Shown piece after piece: positions 25,330 to 40,414 of a stretch of 64,000 bases of DNA; the stretch's first letter is position 1, and the number at the start of each line of letters is the position of its first letter. Below the pieces are notes generated by a model that saw only the letters and a program-made list of their open reading frames with translations, was not told the DNA's origin and ran no database searches. The stretch comes from Eledone cirrhosa (Eukaryota): assembly GCA_964016885.1 (NCBI GenBank), contig OZ024740.1, positions 181,226,001 through 181,290,000 of the forward strand. The letters are read 5' to 3'. The translations under genes and the position numbers were made by a program.

Positions 25330-25331
<2 letters not shown>

Positions 25332-25497
25332 TAGACAATCTTCTGGAGTTTTGTCTACAGCATTTCACAGGTAAAAACATTGGGTAACCTAAAACAATAT
25401 TTGAAGACAGTGTTGAATTCAAAAGTACATACTTGCCGAAGGAATCCTTAGTCACCCAGCACATATATGTCCCTATAAGTCTATCACATATATATAT

Positions 25498-28059
25498 AAA
25501 TTGGTTTAATAGCAATTTAGTATTTAGTTAATCTCCTTAATATTTTAAATTTAAATTATTCCACAACGTAATATACGTTTAAGCTATCTGAAGACACTGA
25601 CAATAAAATATATACTGGTAGTATACTGACGTAAAATATATAGCAGAGTGTCGGTATAATATCTTAATTCGGAATAGCGGTAGATTAACAGAATCGTTAA
25701 AAGATCATACAAAATCACTTGCAGCTTTTGATGCAACCCTTTTACGCTTGAGGTCTAATTCCGTCAAGTTAATTTGATGACATCCGGCGGTCTTCGCCAC
25801 CTACTCACTTCTATCGAAGCGAAGCTGATAAACCCACAAATACAAGCCACACAATGTGAAATGGCTGTTCCAGCCTGTCTCTTTCACCTTCATTCAGGCC
25901 AATTGCTTCTCCATTCTTTCGACCAAGGCCACGAGGTTGACTGTCCCTTGATATATTCTGTTTGTTTGAAGTTTAAATTTGGAGAAAGTTAATTGGTGAA
26001 GAAATCCTAGAAATTCTATACTGGACAAATTTAATAATGTAACTAATAATCTCATGATTAAACTGGTGTTTGGAACATAACGTAAAGGTTCTGACCTAAT
26101 GATGGAACGTCTATTGATGAATGTTACGTAATCATTAAATTAGAATCTATTGACTATGGCAAAGGCAGTTTTGGCGGTACATGGCAGTGGATTTTCAGAA
26201 ATGTTATATGTAATGGTTGACTTAAGGTATTTTATCTGGTTACATGCGATTTGGTTTCGAATCATATTACCGGTAGGTTTTTGTCATACGTGATGGAACT
26301 GGTATATCTAACTTGCACCAATACCATACTACGAGAAGAAGTTACATTAGACTCCGGCTAATTTGGTGATGATGTACATTGTAACAACGCTGACATCAAA
26401 ATCACTACGAGTCATCTTGAATCTTGTTGACTATTTCCATTTAAAATATACATTTCTTTTAATAATCACTGTTTTTGATGATATTCTCCTAACTTTGTAA
26501 TGAATCGGAGAAATTGATTGCTATTATCAGAAAAAAATAGTAGGATTCTGTTCAGACTTCCTTAAACATTTGATGTAATATTTTACTATATCTCTGATCC
26601 AGGTTCAAATATTATTATAAGCATCACGCAATCCACAGCATAAATTTATCAAATGATATCTTTTGATTAATGATGAGGCGTGTTGTATAACTTTACCAGT
26701 TTAAAACAAAGAGGAAACGATAATATTTATAAAATTAAGACTGTTGTGTTAGCAATAATTTTAATGTAAGAGGAACCAATATCAGGCCAAGAGAGTAAAT
26801 AATATATGTCTGCCCTGGCTTAAGAATGTAAGACACACCGCCACGATATATCAATTCATATATTGATGAGAGTTGAATCGTTTCGAATGGCTAGTGTATT
26901 GCAATAGTTGGTAACAGGATTTTATCCTTTTACCCTGTAGGACTGCACCATATCACATCGACAGACTGTGACTTGAGTGCAAGATGTCCCATTCATATAT
27001 TTAACATCCATTTCATATCGCGAAGTGGGTGATAATCTATCTAATATTGTTATACGAGATACAAATCACAGACACTGAAAAAAATATGAAACATGTTTAT
27101 AAATGAAAGTTGGCACTAAATATTCATCTACAAGCAAAAGCAATTATAGTAGATTTCTTTGACACCAAGGAGCAAAGTTTTAGTGTCATCTGTTTGATTC
27201 CTAGTAATTTGCCTGGAGAATTATATTGAGCTGTAAGACATTATAAGATATAATTTGCCAACTATTCATATTCAGACACTTCAAGTCACTTTCACATAAA
27301 TGTCACCTGTACTTTCTTTAGGGAAAAATTGCTATTCTTTATTAACCATTTCCTTTTACAGAGTTAAAGTGAAAATTGTTAATTTCTTTATCGTGACTAC
27401 AAACTACTTCAGTTTTCTATGCAGCATTGAAATTAAAATGTGTCAATAATAGACACATACCTATCAATGATTCTAATGATGATGGGTAAATGTTCAATTG
27501 ATGTCAGTTGCTTGCACCATAGCTAATAGCAATTTTTATTACATTTACATGTCTTCTAGATTCCGGACAAATTTTAATATTCATTAGATAGATGAATACG
27601 GTAGTGTTAGTTCAGCCTTTAGAACACGGGATTAAATACGGTGCAACATTTATTCTTCTATATTTTGGACTTCTATTCTGCTTGTATTGATTTTTTTTCT
27701 TTTATTCCTCTGTAGTCGATAAAAATAAATAACGTCAGTTCACCAATGGTCAAATCAATTGGCTCAAATTGTTTCTCACAAATACTGGAATGTGTTGCAA
27801 AATGGAAAGAACGTCATGTTTATTGCACACATCCTCGCTATAGTTGTCTTAGACCTTATCAAATTGGTTTAATAGCAACTTAGTATTTAGTTAATCTCCT
27901 CAATATTTTAGATTTAAATTCTACCACAACTTAACTTATGTTATATCTTGACACTGATGATAAAATATATACTGGTAGTATACGTACGTAAATTATATTG
28001 CAAATTGTCGGGAATAAATCTTAATTCAGATTAGCGGTAGATTAACATAATCGTTAAAA
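25498..28059 (+). repeat. Diverged ~200-bp direct duplication: 25498-25702 and 27861-28059
   Basis: Both begin aaattggtttaatagcaa.ttagtatttagttaatctcct and end agcggtagattaaca.aatcgttaaaa. Confidence 0.85.
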
Positions 28060-28349
28060 CATTCTTTAACTTTTAATTTTTAATTCCATCAAAGAATCAT
28101 TTTCTCGTGGTCAATAAAGTACATTTTCAGTCAAGTACAGTGTCGATTTTACTGGTTTGTATTTCTCTGCACATTGCAGACCTTGTGTCTATACTAGAAA
28201 CTATTATATTTTTGCTAGGAATATATATTAAACCTTTACAGCGATAGGTTTTGCCCATATAGGTTAAATCGTTGAATACGACTGCTATAATATTTGCTTA
28301 TTAGTATACAGAAAAGAGTCAGGCAGTATTTAATTCGGCTCTTTACATT

Positions 28350-28542
28350 TAAAATAATTGTCTCTACTTTAGGCACAAGGCCAGCAATTACCCAGTGCAT
28401 TACTGGTACTTTATTTTATCGACCCCGTAAGGATGAAAGACAAAGTCAACCTCGGCGGGATTTGAACTCAGATCGTTAAGGGACGTAACTATGCTGGAAA
28501 GCATGGTGTCCGACCCTCTACTGATACTGCCAATCACCGCCC
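28350..28542 (-). mobile_element. tRNA-derived SINE (same family as 22319)
   Basis: Reverse strand GGCGGTGATTGGCAGTATCAG...GAGTTCAAATCCCGCCGAGGTTGAC...TTTCATCCTTACGGGGTCGATAAAATAAAGTACCAG. Confidence 0.82.
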
Positions 28543-30046
28543 TTCTGATTTGAAGTAATGCCTGTCAGATGAGCTACTCAAAATCCCGGGTTCATAAAAT
28601 AAAATATTATTAAAGTAATAGGCTTCATTTCATTGGCGTTCCCCTCTCCTAAAATGTTTGATCTTGTGCATATGTTACGAATTATTATCACACCAAGGGG
28701 GGAGCATCAAACTGCCTTTTCCATAAACATGTAAATTTCATGAGAAATTATTACTTAATTTCATGACAATATCTCCGATTTAGTTGGTTAATTATGTCAT
28801 TATATTTTTAAATATATAAATTATACTAGCCTGCAATTATCATTTAGCCGTAAACATCTGATATTCATGTAAACCAGCGTGCGAAATCAATTATTAAAAT
28901 CATGAAATTACCACCCATTTTGTTTGAACAACTTGGGCCGTTGTCATCGTTTTTCAAAACGAGCTGAAAATAGCGAATAGTTTATAAATTTTGAATACCG
29001 CATTCAATACATTTCATTGTAAGGTATATATGATAAATTTCTACAACACAAGGAATGGACATTTTGCTTATAAAAATACCAATATCTGCATATTTAAAAA
29101 TATTACTTGTATTGCAAAAGTACATAGATGCAGAGGAGAATATATATAAGGGAATACATAGAAACGAACAGCAGTCAGTAGCTGATTAGGATTTCCGCCC
29201 ATTATCTTACGGATATATATATTAGATATTCTATTAGGAAAAACAGGCTAGGAATAAGGAACATTTTGATGAGAGATTCATTTGATTAAATAATGTAAAA
29301 CGTGTTCCATTATCGATTACGTAATCATCTACGTAAGCTGAATATAAATATTTTATTTTTCTATTCTCTCATTCGAATTATATTTATATTCGTCAATTCT
29401 TCAGAGGTTAATGAAATAATAAACATTTTATAGATATATTTATATAGAAAGGGAAGGAGGAAGGGTGGAAATAGTCGGTAGCTAATGGGCATCTAATATT
29501 CATGGTACTAATGGAGTAGGAAATGCCATTGGCTTAGAGGAGTTTATTCTATAGTTCAAAACGGAAAATTGTATGAAATGGGAGTGTCTTTTGACATGAA
29601 AATAAATGGGACATAACATCAGTTGGCTATTGTCTACTTCCCTTTCTACACAAATACACCTAAACGAATGTTTATTATTTCATTAATCTCTAAAGAATTG
29701 CCGAATACAAACAATGCGAGTAAGTGAATGAAAAGAGAAGAAATGCCTATGCAGCTCAGGTAGATGATTTAACATTAGTAATGAAACATATGTTACTTTA
29801 TTTAATCAAATAAATCTTTCTTCAAATTACTCCTCAAAACTTGGCCTGTTTTTCCTCAAACAATATTTTATACTAAATATCTCAATGAAGTGTTGACAAC
29901 GTGTACCATAATCGAAGATTTAACATGTAGAAAATTATATTATATGACTCCATTTTGCACGTTCAGAAAAAAATTTTCACTATTATTTATATAATTATTC
30001 CACGTAAATACAATTTTACCAGAATAAAGTGAAACCTGCATTATCT

Positions 30047-30133
<87 letters not shown>

Positions 30134-30146
30134 TGTGTGTGTGTGG

Positions 30147-30177
<31 letters not shown>

Positions 30178-30461
30178 CACACATATTCAATGTGGTCTAC
30201 ATTTCGCGGTAGGATCTATACATAGTTACAATACGTTCTAATACGTTAGAATGTAGTTCAGTGAGACCTGTGATTGGTTCCGTTGGATATTAGGTACGAG
30301 AATTGTAGGTTTGTACTTCGTTGAGTCAATATTTTAGATAGTGTGTCTGATATATTACATATCTCTTTGTAAGAATGATAAATTACCTTTGTTATCATTG
30401 TTAGGAAAATTAATATGTAATATATATATATATATATGTATGTATGTATATTTACACAAGG

Positions 30462-31045
30462 AACTTATCAGCGAACCAAGTTTCTGGAGAACCTTCCATA
30501 ATGCATTTCTGTTAACAGTATTGTAAGCTTTTGTCAGATCGACAAAAACCTCATACAGAACCAAACCTTGTTCCATGCACTTCTGGAGCTGTATAGTTGA
30601 GATCATATCAGTAGTGCCGCGTCCAGCACGAAACCAGATTGACTTTCAGGAAGAACACAATCTGCAATGTGTGTCAGCAGACGTTCCAGAAGCACCCTAC
30701 ATACAACTTTCCCATCGACAGAAAGCAATGATTTACTTCTGTAATTCCCACAATCATTCCTCTTACCCTTTCCCTTGTACAAGACCACCATTACTGCATC
30801 TCTCCAGTCCTCAGGCACGGATTCATTAGCCCATATCCTGCCAAAGAAAGAGTGAAGATGTTGCAGGAGTCTCTCATCACCATATTGTAGGAGCTCAGCA
30901 TGTATGCCATCCATACCTGGAGACCTTCCACTGTTCAGCTTCGAGATAACCACTGCAACCTCCACAAGCGTCGGAGGTTCTGCGAGAGCTACATTCACAG
31001 GACTTTCTGGAATGAGATTGAGGAAATCTTCATTGAAGCACATAC
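30462..31045 (-). pseudogene. RTE-clade LINE reverse transcriptase fragment
   Basis: GRSPGMDGIHAELL, CGNYR..SLLSV.GKV, VLPESQSGF, FVDLTKAYNTVNRNALWKVLQKLG across ORFs 30603-31043 and 30355-30606. Confidence 0.88.
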
Positions 31046-32315
31046 TTACCTACATACATATTTTAAAAGATACGAAGTGGGCTTCTCCCCAGTGATCGCG
31101 TATAAATGGTGTTTTCATATTCCTTTGCACCACCAAACACGAGAATCCCATGACAGCTTCTCCATATAATGTTTACTTCCTAGAAACTACTTTTCACCCA
31201 CCAGTGCATAATTATGATATTATTAAGTTGTGTTGGTGCACGAACATGAAACGTAAAAGGTCATTAGAGAAGGAGAGTCCGTATGCTATTAACGTGACTG
31301 CACTGTTTGAAATACGGTTACGTGAAATACCATTTGTTCTGTTAACATTGTTTCGGTAGGTATCACCTGATAATATAATTCACAAATTCAATCTATCAGA
31401 TTACTGCCAAAAATGATGCAGTATGTTGCCGTAATTAACTATGGTTATTTATTTAAAACTTAATAAGGCAATATGAAAAGATCTCGCTTTATTTCATCTA
31501 TAAACTTATACCTTAATCGGCAGAAATCTTTAGAGAAAAGAACAAAATGGTTTACGGTGTTTGTTCCGACTTTCACTATTCGGTGTAAAAATTAATCTCG
31601 GCGGGATTTGAACACAGATATCGACAAAATAATTAACAAATCCAGTATGCTGTTGGATTGACAAAATGATTAGAGCGTCAGATGAGACGATTTGACCCGA
31701 TTATGATTTTTTTATTTGCGGTCTGTGTCATATATCGCTGTGGCTTGCTTGCGTGGTAAACTTAATCCGTTGCCCCATTAATATCAAAACTAGTCCTTTA
31801 GTCACTTTAATAGAATCAACTTTGTTGCAAGCCTCCGGGCGAAATTTCCCCTTCGACTACATCTTCCTCGTCCTCTCCAGTCTGCCTCCAATGCTCTGAA
31901 AATTATCATAGACACTAGGCTTCCCTCTCTTGCTAAACAAGAGAAATACGGACAGACAAAATTATAAATGTTACCCAACCTATACAATATATTTTCAAGT
32001 TTAACTAACAATCTTAATTCAAAAATATATTAAATAAAACTAAACCACATGAAATAATTCAATTATAACTTCTTCGCAATTAAGTAAGACCGGAAAGTCC
32101 ATTCAGCACTATTACACTTTCTCGGGAAAAATACTAGTAACGTGCTGAGATAGTGTGTACATACGATTTGCAATGAAAAATATATTTTTCTATTTACTCT
32201 ACATGACGTAAGTGTAGTTAATAGAAATGTAGTGTGAGGGTGTAATATATAACACTATCAACAATATGGTACAATATATCCAAAGGCCCAATCTTCAGTT
32301 AGCTAGCTGCGTGTA

Positions 32316-32320
32316 TAGTA

Positions 32321-32389
<69 letters not shown>

Positions 32390-32591
32390 ATATGAAGGAG
32401 AAGAGGGGTGGATGGGGAGGATAGAAGAAGAAGAAGAAGAAGAAGAAGAAGAAGAAGAAGAAGAAGAAGAAGAAGAAGAAGAAGAAGAAGAAGAAGAAGA
32501 AGAAGAAGAAGAAGAAGAAGAAGAAGAAGAAGAAGAAGAAGAAGAAGAAGAAGAAGAAGAAGAAGAAGAAGAAGAAGAAGAAGAAGAAGAA
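32316..32591. repeat. (TAG)n 32316-32389 and (AAG)n 32423-32591 microsatellites at the left edge of cluster 2
   Basis: Directly visible. Confidence 0.98.
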
Positions 32592-32595
32592 TGCA

Positions 32596-34394
32596 ACACA
32601 AATACGTGACTGATAGTAAGGAGCCAATGCTCAGAATTGTACTGAATAAGAGGACATTAGACCAGGGGATGTCCAAGGAGGAAATAACAACAAGGAGAAA
32701 GAGCAGCCTTCATGAAAAATCCCTTCATCGTACCTTCCTTAAGAAAACTGATTTCAGAGATCCACAGACATAGAACTGGTTGAAAAGAGGAGACCTTAAA
32801 AAGGCTACAGAATGAATGCTAATGGCTGCACAAGATCAGGCCCTCAAAACGAAGTGGTCGAAAGACCATATTTACAAGAAGGAGGGTAGCCCACTGTGCA
32901 GGATCTGTGGAGAGAGAGAAGAGACTGTGGCTCACATTGTATCCGAGTGTAAACACCTAGCCCAGACTCACTATAAAGGCTGGAGACATGATGTGATGGG
33001 CAGCGTGATCCACTGACACCTAAACTGAGCAGAAGTAACGGAATCCAGGTACCAACAGGTGAGATGATAAGTCAAATTGACTCTGAAGAAGAATACAAGT
33101 ATTTGGGTGTTCTGGAGGCTGATGACATCAAGAACAAAAAATGAAGGAATTGATAAGAACTGAATACATTCGGAGAGTAAGGAGCGTATTAAAGTCACAT
33201 CTGAACAGTAGCAATGACATAAGTGCAGTAAATTCCCGAGCTGTGTCTATTATTAGGTACAGTGCGGGAATTCTGAGATGGAATGTTGCTGAACAAAAAG
33301 AAATGGATAGGAAGACTAGGAAGCTATTGACTATCTACAACATGTTCCACAAGAGGAGTGATGTCGATAGACTCTACTTAAGGAGATATGAAGGTGGAAG
33401 AGGTCTTATCAGCATAGAGGACTGTGTTCAGATGGAGAAAAACAACCTACACAAATACGCGACTGATAGTAAGGAGCCAATGCTCAGAACTGTACTGAAG
33501 GAGGGGACAATAGATCAGGGGATGTCCAAGGAAGAAATAACATCAAGGAGAAAGAGCAGCCTTCAGGAAAATCCCTTCATAGTACCTTCTTTGAGAAAAC
33601 TGAATTCAGAGATCCACAGACATGGAACTGGTTGAAAAGAGGCTACCTTAAAAAGGCTACAGAAGGAATTTTAATGGCTGCGCAGGAGCAGGCCCTCAAA
33701 ACGAAGTGCTTGAAACACCATATTTACAAGAAGGTGGCTAGCCCACTGTGCAGGATCTGTGGAGAGAGAGAGGAGACTGTGGCTCACATTGTATCCGAGT
33801 GTAAACTCCTAGCCCAGACTCACTATAAGGGCTGGAGACAAGATGTGATGGGCAGGGTGATCCACTGGCACCTATGCAAACGAAACAATTTACCACATTC
33901 TGAGAAGTGGTATGAGCATAAGCCAGAGTCGGTGATAGAAAACGATCAGGTGAAGGTCTTGTGGGATTTTAGGATACAGACGGACAAGAAACTGGAACAC
34001 AATAGACCTGATATGGTGGTTGTCGACAAAGAAAAAAGATCGTGCCTGATTGTGGATGTGGCCTGCCCATTCGACACGAGAGTGCAAGAGAAGGAGAGGG
34101 AGAAAATTAACCGATACCAGGACTTAAAGTGGGAGGTAAAAAGGATTTGGAACTGCCATGAAGTCAAAGTGGTCCCGATTGTCATAGGCGCACTAGTGAC
34201 TATCTCAAAAAGTTTCCAGGGATGGTTAAAGAAAATTAGCCCCTTCACGCTTTTTGGAACGCTTCAAAAGGCATGCTTGCTGGGAACAGCAAGAACCCTC
34301 CGATACGTCCTGATTATCTGAGTCTGCAGGTAGTGGCTTGATATTCATTTCAACAAACTTTCCAGTTAACTAACATCAATGACTGAGACTCAAA

Positions 34395-34397
<3 letters not shown>
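32596..34397 (+). mobile_element. Older, rearranged R4/Dong-like copy (32596-33021 then 33026-34397)
   Basis: The first piece corresponds to ~15551-15974; the second jumps back to ~15125 and runs to the 3' end. Several stops and frameshifts, and more substitutions than the other copies. Confidence 0.9.
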
Positions 34398-34452
<55 letters not shown>

Positions 34453-34455
<3 letters not shown>

Positions 34456-34688
34456 GTGATCCCGATTGTCATAGGCGCACTGGGGACTATCTCCAAAGGT
34501 TTCCAGGGATGGTTAAAGAAAATCGGCCCCTTCACGCTTTTTGGAACGCTTCAAAAGGCATGCTTGCTTGGAACGGCAAGAACCCTCCGATACGTCCTGA
34601 ATATCTGAGGCTGCAGGTAGTGGCTTGATATTCAATCCAACGGACTTTCCAGTTAACCAACATCAATGACTGAGATTCAAGGAATAAC
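34453..34688 (+). mobile_element. R4/Dong-like 3' fragment between (AAT)n tracts
   Basis: Nearly identical to ~16268-16502. Confidence 0.92.
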
Positions 34689-34973
34689 AATAACAATAAT
34701 AATAATAACAATAATAATAATAATAATGTGTTCTTTATTAACTACAAGGGTTTACATAAAGTAGACATTAAGGACAGTACAGGACAATACAGGACGGTAC
34801 AAATGGGCATTTCTGCGTGCAAAAAAAAGAGGTTGAAATAAAATAACAAAGAAAAATTCCCCAATAGGGGGGGGGGAGACTTCCGAGGGACATTTGTGGA
34901 GAAAGCCTATTAAAAGACCACAGTGGCCCTGACCACCAGGGCAAGTGCCCTCTCCCAGTTTTCCACCTTTAAT

Positions 34974-37900
34974 TTACAGACACATACTCAGAGAAGGCCC
35001 ATTCATTCGGGCCATACTTGCTTCTCTCACCCATCTTTCAACAAAATGCTGGGAAGAGAGCACTTCCCTCTCTACCCTGATTTTCCTTTTCAAATGAAAT
35101 ATGAAAAAGTTAATCAGGGCATCACCGAAGAGGTAAGTGCTCGTCTTCAGCCCTTTCAAACGTGTCCACCATACTATCTCTTTCGCCATGGCCACCAGAC
35201 AGATAAAAACTGCCTGCCCTTCCCGGCTAAAGGAGGGGGGCGGGGCAATCCTCACGATGGACTCAGCTGATAGCTGGATCCGTCCTACACGTGACAGCAG
35301 GTGTTCAACATAAACCCACAAGTCAGCAATGCTCGGACACTGGACGAGTGCGTGCAGGACGGTTTCGTCGCCCTGCGCGCATCTCGGACATGGCCGGCTG
35401 ACGGCACCTCCATGCCTGTAGAGTTTATCCCGAACTGGCAAAGCTCCTCGGTAGCACTGCCAGGCCAGGGATTTCTGGAAGTTGTCCATAGGCCCCGGCC
35501 CGAAAGTCGTTCCGAAGAGATTGGCTAGTTGATTTTCGTCGACGCCTAGAGTTTCTCCAAGTACGTCGTCGCTCTTCCCCTCCACTAATCCCCTATAGAA
35601 CGCCAAGGTGGAGTTTCCACCGATCACATTGCCCGATTGGTCGAGGGCTGTGAGCGCCTGAAGACATTCCAGTCTCCAAGCGCTCCCTCTCGGTCTTCTC
35701 TTGACCCAGGACTGCAGCTCCGTCAAGGAGACGAGCTGGAGAAAAACGTGTCTAGCATAAGGCGACCACACCTGATCACCGTCGAGGAAGAGGTGGAGAT
35801 GTCGTAGCCTGAGCGCGTGTCTGCGCATCATCAGCCACGGCATGCCCAGCCCTCCACGTAGCGGGTGTTGACAGCAGATGGAACGCCTGACCATCGGAGC
35901 ACGTCCCTTCCACAAGAAGCGAAACAGCAAACGCTCCAGCGCAGTCAGACGGGGCTTAGGACAAGGTACGACGGTCAGGCGGTAGTAGATGATGGATGCG
36001 ATGTACGCATTCGCCACCTCCGCTCGACCTTTCAGGTATAGCTTCCTCTCGGCCCATTTCTGGGTGAGAGAAGCCACCCTGCTGGTCACCTCGTCCCAGT
36101 TTTTGTCCGTCTGGAGGTCTGGACCGAACCAGACCCCTAGCAATTTAACCGATCCGTCCGTCCAGCACCCGACGACGCTGTTTTGACGGCATGGACCTGC
36201 CTCTCCAGGTGCCGAGCTGCAGGCCCACTGACTTTTTCTGGTTTATCATTGCTCCTGTCACCGCTTCGTATTCTCTTAGTGAAGTGCCGATCGCCTCGAT
36301 GTGTTTGGCGTTCGACACCACTACGGTGACATCGTCGGCATATGCTGACACGGATCTTCCGCATCCTAGTTCGCGCGGGATCCCCCTCAACGTCTCCAGT
36401 TTGTGCAGTAATGGCTCGAGAGTCAATACGTACAATAGGGACGAGAGGGGACATCCTTGGCGGACCGAGCGCATGATGTTGAACGGTTCCGAAAGGTGAC
36501 CGTTCACTCTCACTACAGAGCAGATGTTGCTGTGCATGGCAGCGATCCAGCCTCTGAAGACGGGCCCAAAGCCAGCCGCCCTCAGGACTGCCGCTAGGTA
36601 ACGATGGTCGACCCTGTCGAAGGCTTTCGACTGATCTAAATTGATCAAAGACCCACCCGTGCCAGGTTCCCTAGCTACACTCTCTACGATGTATCGCATG
36701 AGGTGGAGGTTGTCGTGGATGGATCTGTCGGGAATGGCGCATGTCTGTGCCTCTCCCACCAGACCACCAACGACAAGCGCCAACCTCTTTGCTAGCACCT
36801 TGGCCAAAATCTTGAACTCTGTGTTTAGCAGAGTTATGGGCCGGAAATTATCTGTGTTATCCCCCTTGTTCGGATCCTTTCTCAGCAGCGCCACCGCTCG
36901 TCGGCTCACAGAGCTGGGAATTCTCCCGTTCTGTTGCCAGTTGCAGTAGACGTCCGCCAAGAGGCCTCCGAACAAGTTTGGCATTTGTATGTAAAGTTCA
37001 TAGGGCAGACCATCCAAACCAGGCGAATTACCCCTTGTGCAACTAGTCATTGCATCCCGTACTTCAGCGGTTGTTATCGGCTTTTCGCAACACTCCGCCT
37101 CAGTGGCCGAAAGCCGCGGCAGTCCGTCGAGGTAGACACTAAAGTCCATCCCTCGATCCGGCCCGCCACTGCCCCCGAACAGTTGAGCGAAGTGTCGCTG
37201 AAAAGCTTCACACATTTGCCCGGGATCGAGTAGGATGCGCCCGTCGTGGTCCACCAAAGACCGGATCGTGGCTTTGTTGCCACGACGCGCCTCCGCCACT
37301 CGGGCCCATTCAACGGCTTTCGTCCCCTCGTGTCTGAGAGCACGCACCCTAGCTCTGACAACGCAGCCTTCGTGCTTTGCATTGAAGAATTGGTCAAGGG
37401 CCAATTTCGCCGCAAGTACGTCGGTCGCGATGCCTTTGCTAAGCGCCTCATCTAATTTTCTAACTAATTCTCCCTCTGCTCTATTTTTCTCTATTGCTAA
37501 AGTCTTACTAAACCTAATGGACTCTATTCTAATTGCTCTTTTCAGAGCAAACCACCACTTGTTGTTGACGATGGCCCCCGTCAACGCCCGCTTAACTAGT
37601 TCGCTAATCCGGTCTCTGTAGGCCTTGCGCGCTGGTAAGGACGCGTTTAGCTTCCAGTTGCCGGGACCTCGCCTATGAAGCCTATCTTAGTCAAGCACAC
37701 AGATCACGAATTTGTGGTCCGTGTAGCTGACTATCTTGAATTGTGGACAGCCTATGCTAGACCTATCTATTTCCCTACAAAATACTCTATCTAGATATGA
37801 TCTGGATGACCCTATGCGATTTGTCCAAGTCCACATTGGTACGTTCGGGAAATCCATTCTGTACCTGTCAGACAGTTCAAAACGTCTGAGCAGGTTGGTG

Positions 37901-38394
37901 AGACTCTTGCACCCTCCTTCCCTATCCACTAATCCCACACAATCCCAGCGTGCATCTAAGATCCCGTTCCAGTCGCCCACTAACACTAAAGAGCCGGACG
38001 TTCCAAGAAAGGTCTCCACACGCCGGAAGAAAACAGGCCGCCCTGCTCCTGTCGGGGCATAGACGGCCACTAACCTGAAAGCTTGCCCGTCTCCGCTGGT
38101 CACGTCCAGCACCACCAACTTACCTTCTGGGTCCAGGAAGATGCCCCGTATGGCAAGATCCAAACCTCTCCGAAAAAGCACAGCAACTCCTCCCCCCGAT
38201 CCCGGACGACTGGGAGATGCGTACACATCGTAGCCGCCGAAGATCGGTGCGAAAGCCTGTGCTTCGGAGATTCTGGTCTCGCTGATGGCCACTACATCTA
38301 TGTTTAGTGACCTGAGGTCGTTGAGCAGGTGGCCCTGCTTCCATGACGACCCCAAGCCACGCGCATTTATGCTGCCTATTCTGAGTGAGGTCAT
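34974..38394 (-). pseudogene. Tx1-like ORF2 of copy C (APE + RT), one stop and one frameshift
   Basis: ORFs 37687-38394, 36145-37584 and 34974-36143 with the same motifs as copies A and B. Confidence 0.92.
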
Positions 38395-38428
38395 GTTGAA
38401 AAGGAGTGGAAAAGATGGGAAAGACCAC

Positions 38429-40414
38429 TTACCTTACTTCTCGTAGGGGAAGGACGGTTTTTCCATCCTTTTCACTGCTTGTGGCCTCAGGAAGGATGTC
38501 CTTATAAATCCTCCTGGAGAGTGCTTGTCGGAAGTCTCCGATGTCTTTGGGGAATTTTTGTTTTAGTGTCATGTACGTTTTCTGTGTGATGCGAGTGATT
38601 TGTATGTGTGGAGGTGGTGTGAATTTTGGGGTTGTTGTGTAGTCTTTTTCTGTGATGCTGGTGTTGTGTTGGATGTAGTGTAATAATTGCTTGTTGTTCA
38701 AATTTAATGCTGGGTAGTGTGTATCGTTTTGGTTGTTTTGTTTTGTTTGCGTTTGTTGTGGGTTTGTTTCTGTTTCGCATTTTGGTGACTTTTGTGGTGT
38801 AGGTGATGGTGGTGTTGGAGTTAATGATGGTGATGGTGTTGGTGTTTGGGTTGATGGGGTTGGTGATGCTGGTGTGGATGGTGGCATATCTGTCCTAACT
38901 TTTTTGTTTCTTAGTTTATTTGTTTCCCTCTGTATTTTGTTTTTGGAGGGGGAAGGAAGAGAATTTTTTCTTTTTTGGTTTCTTTTTTTTTCCGGATATC
39001 GTTTCCCACTCCTCGTCGTCACAATCTGTCTCCAGTTGTGATAGGCCGGGGAGTGGAAAATCCTCCACAGCCGTTAGTTTTGGTTGTGGTGCGGTGGATG
39101 GTGTAGGCGCTGGTGCTAGTTCTGAAGCGTTGGGTGGTGGTGGTGTTGGTTTTGCTGGTGATGGTAGTGGTGTTGGTTTTGCTACTGTTGCTGGGGTTGT
39201 TGCTGTTATAGTTGCTTCTGTTGTTGCTGCTACAGTTGTTGCTGCCATATCTGCTACTGGTGGTGTTGATGGTTGTGTCACTGGGGTGGGTAGGAGAGGT
39301 GGCCTCAACCTTTTAGCCTGAGGGCAGAAAGTCCTTAGGTGGGTTCCTTCACCACAAACGACACACCTAGGTCTTCTGCCCTCGACAATTACCGTGAGGT
39401 GGCTGCCGTCAGTGAGGTCTATTACCTCTGGGATCTCCTCAATGCTTTTTTGGTCCGCTTGGATCAGGAGCTCCATCCCAGATCCGGACCAGTTTTCCTG
39501 CTTTTCTTTTGCTATTGCTATTATTTTCGTGTTGGCTTCGATGCCGGCGAGGACAGCCGCTATTAGCCAGGGAATTTCGATGGCCGGTGGAATGTGGGTC
39601 ACCCTGATCTTTACGAGTCTCTGGCCACAATAGCTTGGGACGAGTGTGAAGTCGTCACTTTTTAATGGGGCCATGGAGAGTTCTCTAGCCTCCTCTGGTG
39701 TTTCAAAGAACACATCCACGGTTCCATACTTTTGCCCACGTCTGATGTGGGATTTTCTTGCCCACACATGTCCCAAAGCTTTTTGGATTTGGGACTCGGA
39801 TGCCCGTTCCACTCGGCGCGATTTTACTTTTATTGTTCTATACGACATGGTGCATAGGCGCCGATGCTCCATTTTATTAGGCGTGGGGGGGGGTAAGGCT
39901 GACCCTGTACCCATCTTTCTTTACCATTTGTTTGGCATTTTCTAAATCCTCTTGAGTTACCGTGAATGCTTCGAATTGTTTTGCTACTATGGCGAAACTG
40001 AGGGTCGGTTTTATAATGTCATTGTTGTTGTTGTTGCTATCGTTAATATTAATTTTAGTTTCAGTTGTGGTGGTGGTGACGTCAGTGGGTCTTTGGTGGG
40101 GAAGTGTCCATTTTGCTTGATTTCATTTCGACATCACGAGTTAATTTATTTTTTTCTTCTTTTGTTTCTGTTGTAGCGGTGGTGGTGGTGGTGGTGGTTG
40201 TCGCGGTGGTGGTGCTGGTGGAGGCTTTAACACCTGCAGTCATTGGTAATGGCGGGAAATGAATGTCTGCCTGAGACAAATTTAAAATATTGCTAGTGCT
40301 TATATTTTTTTGTGTGTTGGCACACGTAGTAACATTTACAATGGTGGTGTCGGTGTGAGGTGTTAATTTGTGAGGAAGGCTTTCAGCTCCTTCGTGCAGA
40401 GGTGAATTAGCCAC
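38429..40414 (-). pseudogene. Tx1-like ORF1, type 1, copy C
   Basis: ORFs 40082-40414, 38916-39914 and 38429-39022. Complete CX2CX4HX4C knuckle CVVCGEGTHLRTFC; ends LREVR*. Confidence 0.8.

Noticed and set aside
22319-28542. A-box and B-box motifs as tRNA genes
   Set aside because: No cloverleaf; they are heads of repeated, decayed SINEs.
31780-32260. Slightly GC-richer segment with TGACGT and CCGGAA motifs as a possible host promoter or exon
   Set aside because: Short motifs are expected by chance. There is no convincing ORF, splice structure or downstream gene.
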